In this document: in pieces, positions 40,661 through 51,446 of the stretch | Position numbering within the stretch: position 1 is the stretch's first letter | Layout of the letters: every line of letters starts with the position of its first letter | IMG/VR virus record: IMGVR_UViG_2574180309_000001 | Coordinates: 8,867 to 72,866 of that record | Direction: 5' to 3' (one strand) | Source of the DNA: a virus | Lineage: Duplodnaviria; Caudoviricetes | Length of the DNA stretch: 64,000 nt | Notes under the pieces: generated by a model | Databases searched by the model: none | The model's input: the letters and a program-made list of their open reading frames with translations, nothing else | What the model was told of the DNA's origin: nothing | Made by a program: the position numbers and the translations under genes

Positions 40661-43600
40661 GAACACCAAGCGGAATACTTCATGTTGTTGATTTCAAAAC
40701 AGATCAGATTATATCAGCTATTCAACCAAAGGACTACTGGGCTGATAACCGTCATTGGGAGATAAAAAATAACATTGATATGTTAGAATTCAAAACTTTT
40801 GACGGCACTCCACATGCAGTTACATTACAGCAGCAGAACTTAGTTTTAAAGGAAGTGCGTGATGGTCGCATTGTTCCATATGTTATCAATAATGAAGTAG
40901 AAAAAGACTCTGATGATAGATCGCTCACTGTACATGCTTCTGGTGCCTGGGTTCAAATAGCCAAAGATGGGATTATTAAACCTCAACGTATAGAGAGCGA
41001 AACAGTTAATACGTTTATTAATATCGCTCTTGCCGATTCAAAATGGCAACGTGGAATAACGGATTATTCTTCATTCCACACGATGACGATTGATGAATTC
41101 ATCGATCCCCTCACTTTTTTAAAGAAAATCGCTGCTTTGTTTGAGTTAGAAATCCAATATCGCGTTGAAGTATCCGGTTCTCAAATTACTGGATGGTACG
41201 TCGATATGATAAAGAAACGAGGGAGAGAAACAGGGAAGGAAGTAACCCTGGGAAAAGACTTAGTAGGCATTAGACGCATTGAACATTCCAGGGATATTTG
41301 CACTGCCTTAGTTGGATTTGTACGGGGTGAAGGTAACAAACTTATCACAATTGAGAGCATCAATAATGGACTTCTTTATATTACAGATAGTGATGCTTTT
41401 CAACGCTGGAATGCGCATGGTAAGCATAAATTTGGTTTCTACACTCCGGAAACAGAAGACCAAAATATGACACCGCAGCGATTAATGACTTTGATGAAGA
41501 CGGAATTAAAGAAGCGTGTCAATTCTTCAGCTTCTTATGAAATAGAAGCACAATCTATTGGACGTATTTTCGGACTAGCGCATGAACTAATTAACGAGGG
41601 CGATACTATCCGAATCAAAGATACAGGCTTCACGCCTAAGTTATACCTTGAAGCACGTGTAATTGCTGGCGATGAATCTTTTACGGATCCTACACAAGAT
41701 AAATATGTGTTTGGTGATTACCGTGAGATTACAGATCAAAATGAAGAAATACGAAAGATTTATAATCGTATTCTTAGTTCACTAGGAAGTAAGCAAGAAC
41801 TGATAGATCAGCTAGATAAATTGGTGAAAGAAGCTAATGAAACAGCAAGTAACGCTAAGAAAGAATCAGAAGCAGCGAAAATACTGGCTGAAAAGGTTCA
41901 AGAAAATATTAAAAATAACACGGTAGACATCATTGAAGCTAAGAATCCACCGACAACAGGGCTGAAACCTTATAAAACACTTTGGCGTGATATTAGTAAT
42001 GGAAAGCCGGGTATTTTAAAAATATGGACAGGTACAGAGTGGGAACCTGTTGTACCCGATGTAGAGTCTGTCAAAAAAGAAACACTTGAACAGGTTAATA
42101 AGGATATTCAGTCCACAAAAGAAGAATTAGATAAAAAAGTAGAAGATGCGCAAAAAGAGACAAATGGACAATTCAAGAAAGTAACAGAAAATCTGCAAGA
42201 AGTTTCTCTAACCATTAAAAATGTAAAAAAATCTCAAGGTGAAATAGATAAAAAAGTTACTAGCTTGCAGCAAACTAACGAAGGATTCAATAAATCTATT
42301 GAAGCATTAACAAAAAAAGATGGTGAAATCACTGAGAAACTAAATACAGTAGTAGAGACTTCCGAAGGCACAGTAAAGAAAATCTCTGAGGTACAGCAAA
42401 CAACAAGTGAACTAAAGAAAACAACTACTGAAATAGAAGAAAAAGCTGGGGAAATCAGTGAAAAGTTAACAAGTGTAGAAACAAAGGTTAATAATGATAA
42501 GGCTGGAGGACGTAACCTTTTATTAGATTCAAATATTAAATACGAAAAAACAGATTATCTAATCAATCAATATTCTCTAACTGAAAATTTCTTTGCGGGT
42601 GAGGAATATACCTTTGTAATTAAGGGAAGTGTCCCACAAGGTCAGAAATTTGGGATTTGGCAGAATGGCGGTTCAAATAATGTTGGATATGCAACAAGTG
42701 TTTATGCTAATGGAATAACGTATGTAACCTTTAAAGCTGGTGCAACTACAAGTGGAAATGAAAGAAAGTTAAGTTTATATAACTATCCAAGTAATACTAC
42801 AAAGGCAATTGTAGATTGGGTTGCCTTGTATAAGGGGAATAAGCCCCAGGATTGGACGTCAGCGCCTGAAGAACAGGTAACAACCGATGAATTCACCAAG
42901 AAAACTACTGAAATTACAAAAAGTGTAGATGGTATCAAAGAAACAATGACAAAAGTAGAAAATAATCAAAGTGGATTTGATAAGCGTGTTGCTACTGTAG
43001 AAAAAGATGCAACTGCCATTAAACAAAATGTCTCTTTAATACAAAATACGCAGACAGAACAAGGAAGACAATTACAAGAGGCGAAAGCTGGTTGGGAAAA
43101 TACTGCGAAAGCACTTGAAGGTAAAGTTGAGCTTAAACAAGTAGAAGATTATGTTGCAGGGTTTAAAATCCCTGAATTGAAACAAACAGTTGATAAAAAT
43201 AAACAAGATTTATTAGGCGAATTAGCTAACAAGCTTGCGACTAATCAATTTAATCAAAAAATGACTTCGATTGATAACCGCTTTACTATCAATGAACAGG
43301 GAATCAATGCTTCAGCCAAAAAGATAGAGGTATATACAAAAGAGCAAGCAAATGGGCAATTTGCAACATCATCTTATGTAAGAGATATGGAAACACGCCT
43401 TCAGTTAACTGAAAAGGGCGTTAGTATATCTGTAAAAGAAAACGATGTAATCGCAGCATTCAATATGAGTAAAGAAAACATTACTTTGAATGCGAACAAA
43501 ATTAACTTAGTAGGTTTTATTACAGCAAATCATATCAAAGGAAAAGTTTTAGAAGGAGTAACACTTAAAACGAGTGGAAACAGATTTGTTGAAATAAATA

Positions 43601-44691
43601 AACAAGACATGAAGATTTTCGATGCAGATACGCCACGTGGTTATATAGGATTTATGGAAGCAAATGATGGAAGTATTCAACCTTCATTAGTCCTTGGTTC
43701 TGATAATAGAAAATACGCCGGCACAGGATCGTTTTATATTTATCAAGTCATGCCGCGAATTAATGGAGTCGATCAACCTTCTAAAGCGTATGCAACATTT
43801 GGGATTTCTAAAGGAGAAAATGCAGAAGGCACTAATATATGGTCATCATATATTAATATGCAGAATGACGGTGGACATCTTTATGCGTATGCAGCCGGAA
43901 GATTATACTTTGATAATTTGAATGACATTGTTTTTAACTCAGTGGGATGGGCTCGAGGATACGGGAAGTTTATAGTGACAACCACAGAACCACATTATTT
44001 TAAAAATGACTATGGTGAGTTTCATTTTGATAGAAAAAGTACTGGTAACAGTATATACTTTGCCAATGGCGTTAATGATCACGATTTAAGTATGGGGAGA
44101 TTAACGATAAGAGCAAGTCTCGTATCAGGTTATGATACAAGTTTGCAAATTAAAGATACGTATGGTAATGGATGGCGAGATATAGAATTAAGAACGCTGC
44201 GAGCGCAAGAAAATGTAAATGCCAATGGTCAAATGTGGGCGAAAGCATTTAATCCTACATCAGCTAGGAATATGAAAGAAAACATAAAAGATATTCCTTT
44301 CTCAGCTCTTGATAAAATCATGAGTTTAGCTATCAAACAGTACAACTTCAAGGACGACATGTATGATCTGTATCAAATGCGTGTGAACAAGCCGGAAGAA
44401 CAAACAGAACCATATACAACAAAAGAAATTGAAACGTATTTCGGTATGATTGCAGATGATACGGAAGATATATTTACAGATAAAGAGAAACGGGCCATTA
44501 ATTTATATAATACTGTTTCTATTTTTATTGCAGCTTTCCAACAGCAGTATCATCAATTTAACGAAGAGTTAACTACTGTTAAAGGTGAGAATAAACAACT
44601 AAAAGAGCAAGTTACGAAACTAACAAACGATGTGTCCACATTAACAGAATTAGTACAAAAATTAATAGACGAGAAACCAGAGCAGCCATAA
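40657..44691 (+). CDS. Tail spike/Tal with coiled coil, carbohydrate-binding-like insert and C-terminal S74 chaperone
   Basis: Prophage tail endopeptidase N-terminus, GGRNLL...DWTSAPEE module, SARNMKENI...GMIADD. Confidence 0.85.
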   Translation: MRTPSGILHVVDFKTDQIISAIQPKDYWADNRHWEIKNNIDMLEFKTFDGTPHAVTLQQQNLVLKEVRDGRIVPYVINNEVEKDSDDRSLTVHASGAWVQIAKDGIIKPQRIESETVNTFINIALADSKWQRGITDYSSFHTMTIDEFIDPLTFLKKIAALFELEIQYRVEVSGSQITGWYVDMIKKRGRETGKEVTLGKDLVGIRRIEHSRDICTALVGFVRGEGNKLITIESINNGLLYITDSDAFQRWNAHGKHKFGFYTPETEDQNMTPQRLMTLMKTELKKRVNSSASYEIEAQSIGRIFGLAHELINEGDTIRIKDTGFTPKLYLEARVIAGDESFTDPTQDKYVFGDYREITDQNEEIRKIYNRILSSLGSKQELIDQLDKLVKEANETASNAKKESEAAKILAEKVQENIKNNTVDIIEAKNPPTTGLKPYKTLWRDISNGKPGILKIWTGTEWEPVVPDVESVKKETLEQVNKDIQSTKEELDKKVEDAQKETNGQFKKVTENLQEVSLTIKNVKKSQGEIDKKVTSLQQTNEGFNKSIEALTKKDGEITEKLNTVVETSEGTVKKISEVQQTTSELKKTTTEIEEKAGEISEKLTSVETKVNNDKAGGRNLLLDSNIKYEKTDYLINQYSLTENFFAGEEYTFVIKGSVPQGQKFGIWQNGGSNNVGYATSVYANGITYVTFKAGATTSGNERKLSLYNYPSNTTKAIVDWVALYKGNKPQDWTSAPEEQVTTDEFTKKTTEITKSVDGIKETMTKVENNQSGFDKRVATVEKDATAIKQNVSLIQNTQTEQGRQLQEAKAGWENTAKALEGKVELKQVEDYVAGFKIPELKQTVDKNKQDLLGELANKLATNQFNQKMTSIDNRFTINEQGINASAKKIEVYTKEQANGQFATSSYVRDMETRLQLTEKGVSISVKENDVIAAFNMSKENITLNANKINLVGFITANHIKGKVLEGVTLKTSGNRFVEINKQDMKIFDADTPRGYIGFMEANDGSIQPSLVLGSDNRKYAGTGSFYIYQVMPRINGVDQPSKAYATFGISKGENAEGTNIWSSYINMQNDGGHLYAYAAGRLYFDNLNDIVFNSVGWARGYGKFIVTTTEPHYFKNDYGEFHFDRKSTGNSIYFANGVNDHDLSMGRLTIRASLVSGYDTSLQIKDTYGNGWRDIELRTLRAQENVNANGQMWAKAFNPTSARNMKENIKDIPFSALDKIMSLAIKQYNFKDDMYDLYQMRVNKPEEQTEPYTTKEIETYFGMIADDTEDIFTDKEKRAINLYNTVSIFIAAFQQQYHQFNEELTTVKGENKQLKEQVTKLTNDVSTLTELVQKLIDEKPEQP

Positions 44692-44923
44692 GCTGTTTTT
44701 TATTTTTAGAAAAAGTTTATGGTGGGGTTCTATGATGACACGATTAGAACAGGTACTGAGTATAAAGAAAGGGCGACTGTAAGCGGAGTGTAAATGGTTC
44801 AAAATATTAACGAGCAGATTTGATGCATGGCAAGTTATCTTTGTAAAAGAATCAAACATTAAGATTAATAAAAAGTGATTTAAAAAACGTTACTCTTGAT
44901 GTCAATTAAATCACTAATATTAA

Positions 44924-45250
44924 TTAATCTTGTGAATTTACGTTTTCATGATTCCCTAAGTTTGAATCATGATGATTACTTTCCGAATGATCCTGAGCAC
45001 TTTTCATAGACGCTGTAATAAATGCGGTTGTCATTACGGCATTCATCCAGTCAGCTTCAGCATCATTAGTATTTGTTCCTGAATCGTTATGACTACCATT
45101 TTTTTGTATTGAGTAAGGGTTTTTAAATTCTTTTTTTATAGATTTGCTATTTTGCTTCTTTCTGTCAAAATTCTTCATAATTACCAATGATATCAAGCAT
45201 ACAATCAAGACTATTAGGAAGAAAATTATTTTTTCCATGTGCACACCCAC
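44924..45250 (-). CDS. Membrane-anchored moron protein
   Basis: N-terminal TM, low-complexity tail; counter-oriented between tail and lysis genes. Confidence 0.6.
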   Translation of the reverse strand: MGVHMEKIIFFLIVLIVCLISLVIMKNFDRKKQNSKSIKKEFKNPYSIQKNGSHNDSGTNTNDAEADWMNAVMTTAFITASMKSAQDHSESNHHDSNLGNHENVNSQD

Positions 45251-45429
45251 TTTCTACTTTATACAATAACAAATAAAACAGCACAATAATAGGTTATAAG
45301 GGGACTCTCAAAAATGATACTATTCTGAATAGAATGCGGTTTTTGTTTTGAAATTTCTGCAAAATATTCACCCTAAATAAGGTTGTCTCATATCATGTAG
45401 AGATTGCTTTATTAAGATTTTAAAAGGAT

Positions 45430-45663
45430 GTGAATATATTGGAAGATGTATATGTAAAAATCGACAGTTTAAAAGCAGAACAAAAAGAAATTATGCGAGA
45501 TATTCGTAATTTAGAAACTCGCACAACAATTAATGAGAAAGACATCACCACAATTAATAAGCAATTAGAAAAGATAAGCCTGAATACAACTTGGATTTTA
45601 CGAATCATTATTAGTGCAATTACTATGTCAGTTTTGGGTTTAATATTAAAAGGGATGATTTAA
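45430..45663 (+). CDS. XhlA-family hemolysin/holin-like protein
   Basis: Coiled coil + NTTWILRIII TM. Confidence 0.8.
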   Translation: MNILEDVYVKIDSLKAEQKEIMRDIRNLETRTTINEKDITTINKQLEKISLNTTWILRIIISAITMSVLGLILKGMI

Positions 45664-45738
45664 TATTTTAAAATAAAAGTACTTATTGAGAGAGGGACAA
45701 GCGTCTCTCTTTTTTATTGTAAATAAGGAGATGAAAAG

Positions 45739-46164
45739 ATGGATCGTATTGATGTATTAATGAAAATATTTATAGCTACCTTCGGCGCCTTCTGTGGGTA
45801 CTTTTTAGGCGGGTGGGATACAACATTGAAAGTTCTAGTAATCATGGCAGCTATTGACTATATAACAGGCGTATTTGCAGCAGGATATAACGGAGAGCTA
45901 AAAAGTAAAGTTGGTTTCAAAGGCATCGCCAAAAAGGTGGTGCTTTTTCTTTTGGTTGGAGTGGCGACCCAACTAGATGTGGCACTTGGAAGCAATAGTG
46001 CTATTCGAGAAGCAACAATTTTCTTTTTCATGGGTAATGAATTACTTTCACTTTTAGAAAATGCTGGTCGAATGGGTATTCCGTTGCCACAAGCTTTAAC
46101 AAATGCAGTTGAAATTTTAGGTGGTAAACAAAAACAAGAAGAGAAAAAGGGAGATGTTCAATAA
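45739..46164 (+). CDS. Phage holin (holin_4_1 family)
   Basis: DYITG, SKVGFKGIAKK, NELLSLLENAGRMGIPLP. Confidence 0.9.
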   Translation: MDRIDVLMKIFIATFGAFCGYFLGGWDTTLKVLVIMAAIDYITGVFAAGYNGELKSKVGFKGIAKKVVLFLLVGVATQLDVALGSNSAIREATIFFFMGNELLSLLENAGRMGIPLPQALTNAVEILGGKQKQEEKKGDVQ

Positions 46165-47093
46165 TGGAAATCAGAAAAAAATTAGTTGACCCAAGTAAAT
46201 ATGGTACAAAGTGTCCGTATACAATGAATCCAGAATTTATCACAGTTCATAATACGTATAACGATGCTACAGCAGAAAATGAAGTATCTTATATGATTCG
46301 CAATGATAACCAAGTCTCGTTTCATATTGCGGTAGATGATAAAGAAGCTGTACAAGGAATTCCTTTAGAGCGTAATGCTTGGCATTGCGGTGATGGTAAC
46401 GGAAATCGTAAATCTATTGGAGTTGAAATCTGTTACTCTTTAAGTGGTGGAAATCGATATTATAAAGCAGAAGATAATGCAGCTATCGTTGTAGCTCAAC
46501 TCATGAAACAGTACAATATTCCAATTAGTAAAGTTCGCACACACCAATCATGGAGTGGAAAGTACTGTCCTCATCGTATGTTAGCAGAAGGACGTTGGAA
46601 TAGCTTTATTGAAAGAGTTCAAAATTCATATAACGGTGGAGGTAGTCCAGTAATGCCAACTCCTATTCCACCGTCAACTAACAAGACAGGTATTGCGTAT
46701 ATTGAAGGGAATGACATTAACCTCCGTAAAGGGCCAGGTACTGGATACGGGGTTATTCGTCAATTAGGTAAAGGTGAGTCCTACCAAGTTTGGGGTGAGT
46801 CAAACGGATGGTTAAACCTTGGTGGTGATCAGTGGATTTATAATGATCCATCGTACATTCGTTATACAGGAGGAAATGCACCAGTTCCAACACAATCATC
46901 CAATGATGGCGTTGGTGTCGTGACTATTACAGCGGATGTGTTACGCGTTCGTACTGGCCCAGGAACTAACTATAGCGTCATAAAAAATGTGCACCAGAGT
47001 GAAAGATATCAATCTTGGGGATATAGAGACGGTTGGTATAATGTTGGTGGCGACCAATGGGTTTCAGGTGGATATGTGAAATTCGAGAAATAA
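46164..47093 (+). CDS. Endolysin, Amidase_2 + 2 SH3b
   Basis: ITVHNT, SFHIAVD, AWHCGD, THQSWSGKYCP; two R.GPGT.Y repeats. Confidence 0.92.
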   Translation: MEIRKKLVDPSKYGTKCPYTMNPEFITVHNTYNDATAENEVSYMIRNDNQVSFHIAVDDKEAVQGIPLERNAWHCGDGNGNRKSIGVEICYSLSGGNRYYKAEDNAAIVVAQLMKQYNIPISKVRTHQSWSGKYCPHRMLAEGRWNSFIERVQNSYNGGGSPVMPTPIPPSTNKTGIAYIEGNDINLRKGPGTGYGVIRQLGKGESYQVWGESNGWLNLGGDQWIYNDPSYIRYTGGNAPVPTQSSNDGVGVVTITADVLRVRTGPGTNYSVIKNVHQSERYQSWGYRDGWYNVGGDQWVSGGYVKFEK

Positions 47094-47124
47094 AAACAAG
47101 AGCCGTCCTGTTGGGCGGCTTTTT

Positions 47125-47478
47125 TTAGTTTATATTCACTAATTCATCAAACTTAAATTCTGTTTTGAGTCCAAATGCATCTCTACAATACACAGTTTTT
47201 AGCATCGGTTCGATATGTAATACATTTATATAAATGTCTTGTACCATTCCGTCACGATAGTATGAGATATGTATTTCTTCTTTGTTTTGTAGCGATTGAA
47301 TAAGACCAATTTGCAGTTGTTCTTTCATATCTTCAGTAACAATTGGTTTCGGTACTTTATTCAAATCGCTAATTATTTCTCGTATTACTTCGTATTGTTC
47401 CGGCATACTGGCAAAAGGCTGCCACTTGACCATGCCCCTCCCACGTAATTTAGGTGTTCCCCAGCTATGATTTTCCAT
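47125..47478 (-). CDS. YolD-like protein
   Basis: RGMVKWQPFASMPEQ motif. Confidence 0.85.
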   Translation of the reverse strand: MENHSWGTPKLRGRGMVKWQPFASMPEQYEVIREIISDLNKVPKPIVTEDMKEQLQIGLIQSLQNKEEIHISYYRDGMVQDIYINVLHIEPMLKTVYCRDAFGLKTEFKFDELVNIN

Positions 47479-47517
47479 GATGATCCCTCAATTCGTGTAA
47501 TTTATGCTTATTATACA

Positions 47518-47531
47518 CGAACGTGCGTTCT
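47518..47531. promoter_or_regulatory. LexA/DinR SOS box upstream of yolD
   Basis: CGAACGTGCGTTCT fits the Gram-positive GAAC-N4-GTTC box. Confidence 0.75.
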
Positions 47532-47533
47532 TT

Positions 47534-47773
47534 TTAAACTGCTTTTTCTGCTTTGTTTTTCCCCTCTAATTCCTTATTTAAAAATTCTATTCGTCGTTGG
47601 ATAAATTCAATTTCACTTCGGCGAGCTGCATTATATCCTTTGAAATGCCCTTTTGCGTAACCATCAGCAGCTTTTATTTCATTTTCAAAATCATTAATGC
47701 TATCCGTTAAGAATTGAATGCGTTCATTCATTATTTCTATGAAGTATTCAACTGACTTTCTTTCCATACCCAT
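47534..47773 (-). CDS. Hypothetical protein
   Basis: RBS AAAGGAG; helical 79 aa. Confidence 0.6.
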   Translation of the reverse strand: MGMERKSVEYFIEIMNERIQFLTDSINDFENEIKAADGYAKGHFKGYNAARRSEIEFIQRRIEFLNKELEGKNKAEKAV

Positions 47774-47807
47774 ACAGCTCCTTTTTTTACTAAATTACAA
47801 TATCGTT

Positions 47808-48041
47808 TTACATATCCCAAAAATCTCGTTCGTCTATATTCCTACCTAACTCTTTTAATCCCTTAACAATTTGAATTATCGTCGAAAACTTCGGTCTATA
47901 TTTTTTATCATTACACACTTTAGAAATAGTGGCTGTACTTAGTTTCGATGTTCTTTCTAATTCAATTTGAGCTATTCCATTTCGATCAAGATAGCTACCA
48001 AATTTTGTACGCTTTTTCCCCAGTCCGAACACGTTTATCAC
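47808..48041 (-). CDS. XRE-family HTH regulator
   Basis: IAQIELERTSKLSTATISKVCN...YRP. Confidence 0.8.
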   Translation of the reverse strand: MINVFGLGKKRTKFGSYLDRNGIAQIELERTSKLSTATISKVCNDKKYRPKFSTIIQIVKGLKELGRNIDERDFWDM

Positions 48042-48123
48042 CTCATCAACATCTTGACCTATTTCTTACTTTTTTAAACTAAGGCAAAAAAATAAGAAAT
48101 TGTCCAAGCTGTACACCATATGA

Positions 48124-48243
48124 TTTATCAAGGTCGCTACCAAAGTAGCTACCACAGTAAATAGCTAAATTGCTATCAAGGTAACTAGTATTTGCACTAT
48201 CAAAGTAGCTATCAAGTTAGCTATCAAAATAACACTACCAAGG
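48124..48243 (+). repeat. 12-bp-phased CTAYCAA direct repeats
   Basis: Copies start at 48124, 48136, 48148, 48172, 48196, 48208, 48220 and 48234. Confidence 0.7.
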
Positions 48244-48307
48244 TATTAGGCCGATAAACCCACGCAATAAAAGGATTCTAAATTCTGTTTATAAAGGGGG
48301 GTTTTAT

Positions 48308-48502
48308 ATGTTAACTACATTTATTTCATTAGGAGTTTTAGGAGCAACAACAATTGGTGGAGCTATATTAGAGACACACCTTGTAAAGAATGATCACGTT
48401 GCAGCAGCTAAACTTTTAAGCGATGGAATGTATCACGGAATGAGAATAGGTGGAATTTGTTTTATCGGTTATGTATTTATCAAAATTTTAATCATGTTCT
48501 AG
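48308..48502 (+). CDS. Small membrane protein
   Basis: Two hydrophobic segments; first gene of the FtsK operon. Confidence 0.65.
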   Translation: MLTTFISLGVLGATTIGGAILETHLVKNDHVAAAKLLSDGMYHGMRIGGICFIGYVFIKILIMF

Positions 48503-48512
48503 GAGGTGTCAC

Positions 48513-49679
48513 ATGGGACTCATCAAAGATTGGCTCCATAAGCAAAATTTAAAGAATCAACTTATAGAGGTATTTAGGAAAGCAGGTTTATATGTGGACC
48601 ATCAAACGAGAGGTGGTAAAGTACCCATTTATCCAAAGATACATTCCATTTCTTCCACACAAGAAAATGTTCGATATGTATTTACCATTCCGAATGGTTT
48701 GGATCCGAAGAATATTGAAAAGAAATGGTTTTGCTTTCAACAAATATTAGGACGTAATGTAGCGATTGAAGGTGATATTAAGCGATTTGTTCTTAATGTA
48801 TTCCATTCAGATGCTGGACTACAAACATACAAGTACAGTTATAAGAAATGGCAGCCATTATTAAAACAACATCGTCTTCCTGTTGTGGTAGGACGTGACC
48901 AATATGGAAACATGATTGCGTATGACATGGTTGATTCAAATACACCTCATTTACTCATAGCAGGAGAGACAGGTAGCGGTAAAAGTAGTATGGTACGCGT
49001 TGTTCTGTCCACACTCATTCAACACATGTCTCCTGATAAGTTGCATTTGTACCTGGGCGACTTGAAGAATTCTGAGTTTCATTTCTTGAGAAGAGTAAAG
49101 CACGTAAAAGAGGTTTGCATGGAAGAAATCGAAATGAAGATTATGCTACAGAAAGTGTGGAAGGAAATACGCGAACGTAGAAAACTGATGGAAGAGTATG
49201 AAGTGGATCATATAGATGAATACAACAAATTAAATCCCAATAATGAAAAACCGTATATCTTACTTGCTATTGATGAAGTAGCAATGCTTCAGGATGAAAA
49301 GGAATGTATGTCTACAGTTGAAAAAATATCGGCAGTCGGTAGGGCGCTAGGAGTCTTCCTTATGCTTAGCATGCAACGTCCCGACGCAAAAGTATTAGAC
49401 GGAAAGCTAAAGTTGAATATGACCGTGAGAATGGGCTTTAAATGTGATAGTACAATTAACAGTAATATCATGGGTACACCTGGTTCAGAAAACTTGGAGC
49501 AATCGGGCCAAATGATATTAAAATTGAACGGATTAAAGAAAGTGCAAGCTCCTTATTTAGAATTAAGTAAAGCGAGACAAATTGTTGAACCTTATCGCAT
49601 TCCGAAAGAGGATATGAAGTCCCAGATTCCTCCGCAAGAAGAAAATCAATTGTTTGGGGTGTTAGATTATGAAGAGTAG
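48513..49679 (+). CDS. FtsK/SpoIIIE-family ATPase
   Basis: PHLLIAGETGSGKS, DLK, IDE, GRALGV, QRPD. Confidence 0.9.
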   Translation: MGLIKDWLHKQNLKNQLIEVFRKAGLYVDHQTRGGKVPIYPKIHSISSTQENVRYVFTIPNGLDPKNIEKKWFCFQQILGRNVAIEGDIKRFVLNVFHSDAGLQTYKYSYKKWQPLLKQHRLPVVVGRDQYGNMIAYDMVDSNTPHLLIAGETGSGKSSMVRVVLSTLIQHMSPDKLHLYLGDLKNSEFHFLRRVKHVKEVCMEEIEMKIMLQKVWKEIRERRKLMEEYEVDHIDEYNKLNPNNEKPYILLAIDEVAMLQDEKECMSTVEKISAVGRALGVFLMLSMQRPDAKVLDGKLKLNMTVRMGFKCDSTINSNIMGTPGSENLEQSGQMILKLNGLKKVQAPYLELSKARQIVEPYRIPKEDMKSQIPPQEENQLFGVLDYEE

Positions 49680-50277
49680 AGACAAAGCGATACTGAGCGA
49701 TTTGAAACATTTCAGATGTATGTCTAGGGATGACATAATAGATTTACATTTTCAAGGAGTGAAAAACGCAGTTACTTGCTGTAATACGGTGATGAAACGA
49801 TTAAGAAGAGATGGCCATGTCGATGCAAATATCTCACAGCAGCCATTTATATATTTTCCTCAACCCAGCACACTTCGCAAAACTAGCCAAAAAATTCCCC
49901 ACTTTCTCGGCATTGTAGACGTATACAAACAGCTTATCCATTATGAAAAACCGAAACTATTCAAAGTCGAACCGAAATACGGTAAAGAATTTATGGAACC
50001 AGATGCATTTACAATTTGGCGTAGATCTCCATTCTTTATTGAAGTACAGAAGTCAGTTTACAGCAAGAAGATTATGCAAGATAAGATAAACAGGTATGAA
50101 TTATACTTCCACAGCCAGGAATGGCATAATGAATCGTGGCAACCCAAAGGATCTAAATTCTTTCCATCAATCCTCATTATTACCGATAAACAGTACGATA
50201 TTAATTCTTCTAATTTACGTATCTTTCAAGCTTCTTCAATTAGCAATTTTATGGGTAGTCTTGCTGTAAAAATTTAA
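49669..50277 (+). CDS. Replication-relaxation (Replic_Relax) family protein
   Basis: RDKAIL N-terminal wHTH, HFL, PDA...FFIEVQ...KINRY. Confidence 0.8.
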   Translation: MKSRDKAILSDLKHFRCMSRDDIIDLHFQGVKNAVTCCNTVMKRLRRDGHVDANISQQPFIYFPQPSTLRKTSQKIPHFLGIVDVYKQLIHYEKPKLFKVEPKYGKEFMEPDAFTIWRRSPFFIEVQKSVYSKKIMQDKINRYELYFHSQEWHNESWQPKGSKFFPSILIITDKQYDINSSNLRIFQASSISNFMGSLAVKI

Positions 50278-50457
50278 TAAGGAGCCCTAAACAGGGCTTT
50301 TTATTTTCAGGAACCTCTTACAATTGCATCCGTTGTAGCGTTATACGACGGACTGTACGATAGACTTTATGTTAAAAGCTTACTAATACAACTAAGTCTA
50401 ATTTAATGATATTCTTATAAAAGTGAATTCAAGAAAATATTGGAAGGGCGAAAAAGC

Positions 50458-51027
50458 ATGAACTCTAATTGGATAAAGACTATGGAATTAATAACTGTGT
50501 CTATGGGGATAGCGATAATAGTTTTAGGGATTTCATATTTTTGCGGTGGTGCGTTAATACCTCCAGCATTAGTTACGGGTATTTCTATAGCGGGACTTTG
50601 TTTAACGTTAAGTGATTCCGTAATTAAGATGGAAACCGGTGACAATAAATTTATAAAGAGTGAATCAACTCAAATAAGAGTAGTGTCAATCGTGAATGCT
50701 TTAGCTATATTTGGAGTTATATGGTTTCCTAATTTAACTATTATTGAAAATATGGGGAGAGAAAGATTAGACTTTATAAGTACTTTTGCTAGTGTAGTTG
50801 CACTTGGCTCCGTTATTTTAGCAATTGGAAATAATAATAGAAAAGAAGTTATGGAAGATATAATCAAAATAAAGGGTGATGTTGATGAATTCTTAAAAAG
50901 ATTACCCAAATTAGAAAAAGAATTAAAAGAGGCACAAGAAGAAGCCTTACAAAATAAAAATGAAGTTGAAAAATTAAAAATGCGTTTGAAAGAGGCACAA
51001 GAAGAATTAAAAGGAAAAAATCAGTAG
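50458..51027 (+). CDS. 4-TM membrane protein with C-terminal coiled coil (cargo)
   Basis: Hydrophobic N-terminal half, LKEAQEE repeats. Confidence 0.65.
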   Translation: MNSNWIKTMELITVSMGIAIIVLGISYFCGGALIPPALVTGISIAGLCLTLSDSVIKMETGDNKFIKSESTQIRVVSIVNALAIFGVIWFPNLTIIENMGRERLDFISTFASVVALGSVILAIGNNNRKEVMEDIIKIKGDVDEFLKRLPKLEKELKEAQEEALQNKNEVEKLKMRLKEAQEELKGKNQ

Positions 51028-51087
51028 GGAGAAGTCCTGTTTATTCAGGGCTTTTTTATTTTCAGGGATTTCTTCATCGTCAATACA

Positions 51088-51246
51088 GTTGCATCCGTTT
51101 TAGCGTTATGCGGTGGTTTGTTCATTATGGTTGGTAGCCAGGAACGGGGATTTTCGCTAATAAGTCGTGCAGGGATCGGCTATATAGTGGTTCAAATGAT
51201 TCCATTATTTATGAGGTTGCTTGTTGAAATTGCTAAAGCAATCTAA
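51088..51246 (+). pseudogene. 3' remnant of a VirB2/TrbC pilin-like membrane gene
   Basis: Start-less frame VASVLALCGGLFIMVGSQERGFSLISRAGIGYIVVQMIPLFMRLLVEIAKAI*. Confidence 0.5.
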
Positions 51247-51446
51247 TAGCAACTCTTCCCTAACTAAACAGCACACCCAGTTGTACGGTAGAAGATGGGA
51301 AGAGTTACAAGGGTAACAGACAATATCTATGTTATGCCTAAGAATCGTAATATAGAATACTAAGCCCTATGCATACAGGGATTTTTTTCTTTGCAGGAAT
51401 TTCTTTACCATCATGGAATACTCTCACTAGGAGGTGTTGTGACGTT

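Noticed and set aside
26623-46243. Many 60-160 aa antisense ORFs within structural genes
   Set aside because: Shadow frames of well-supported genes, without RBS.
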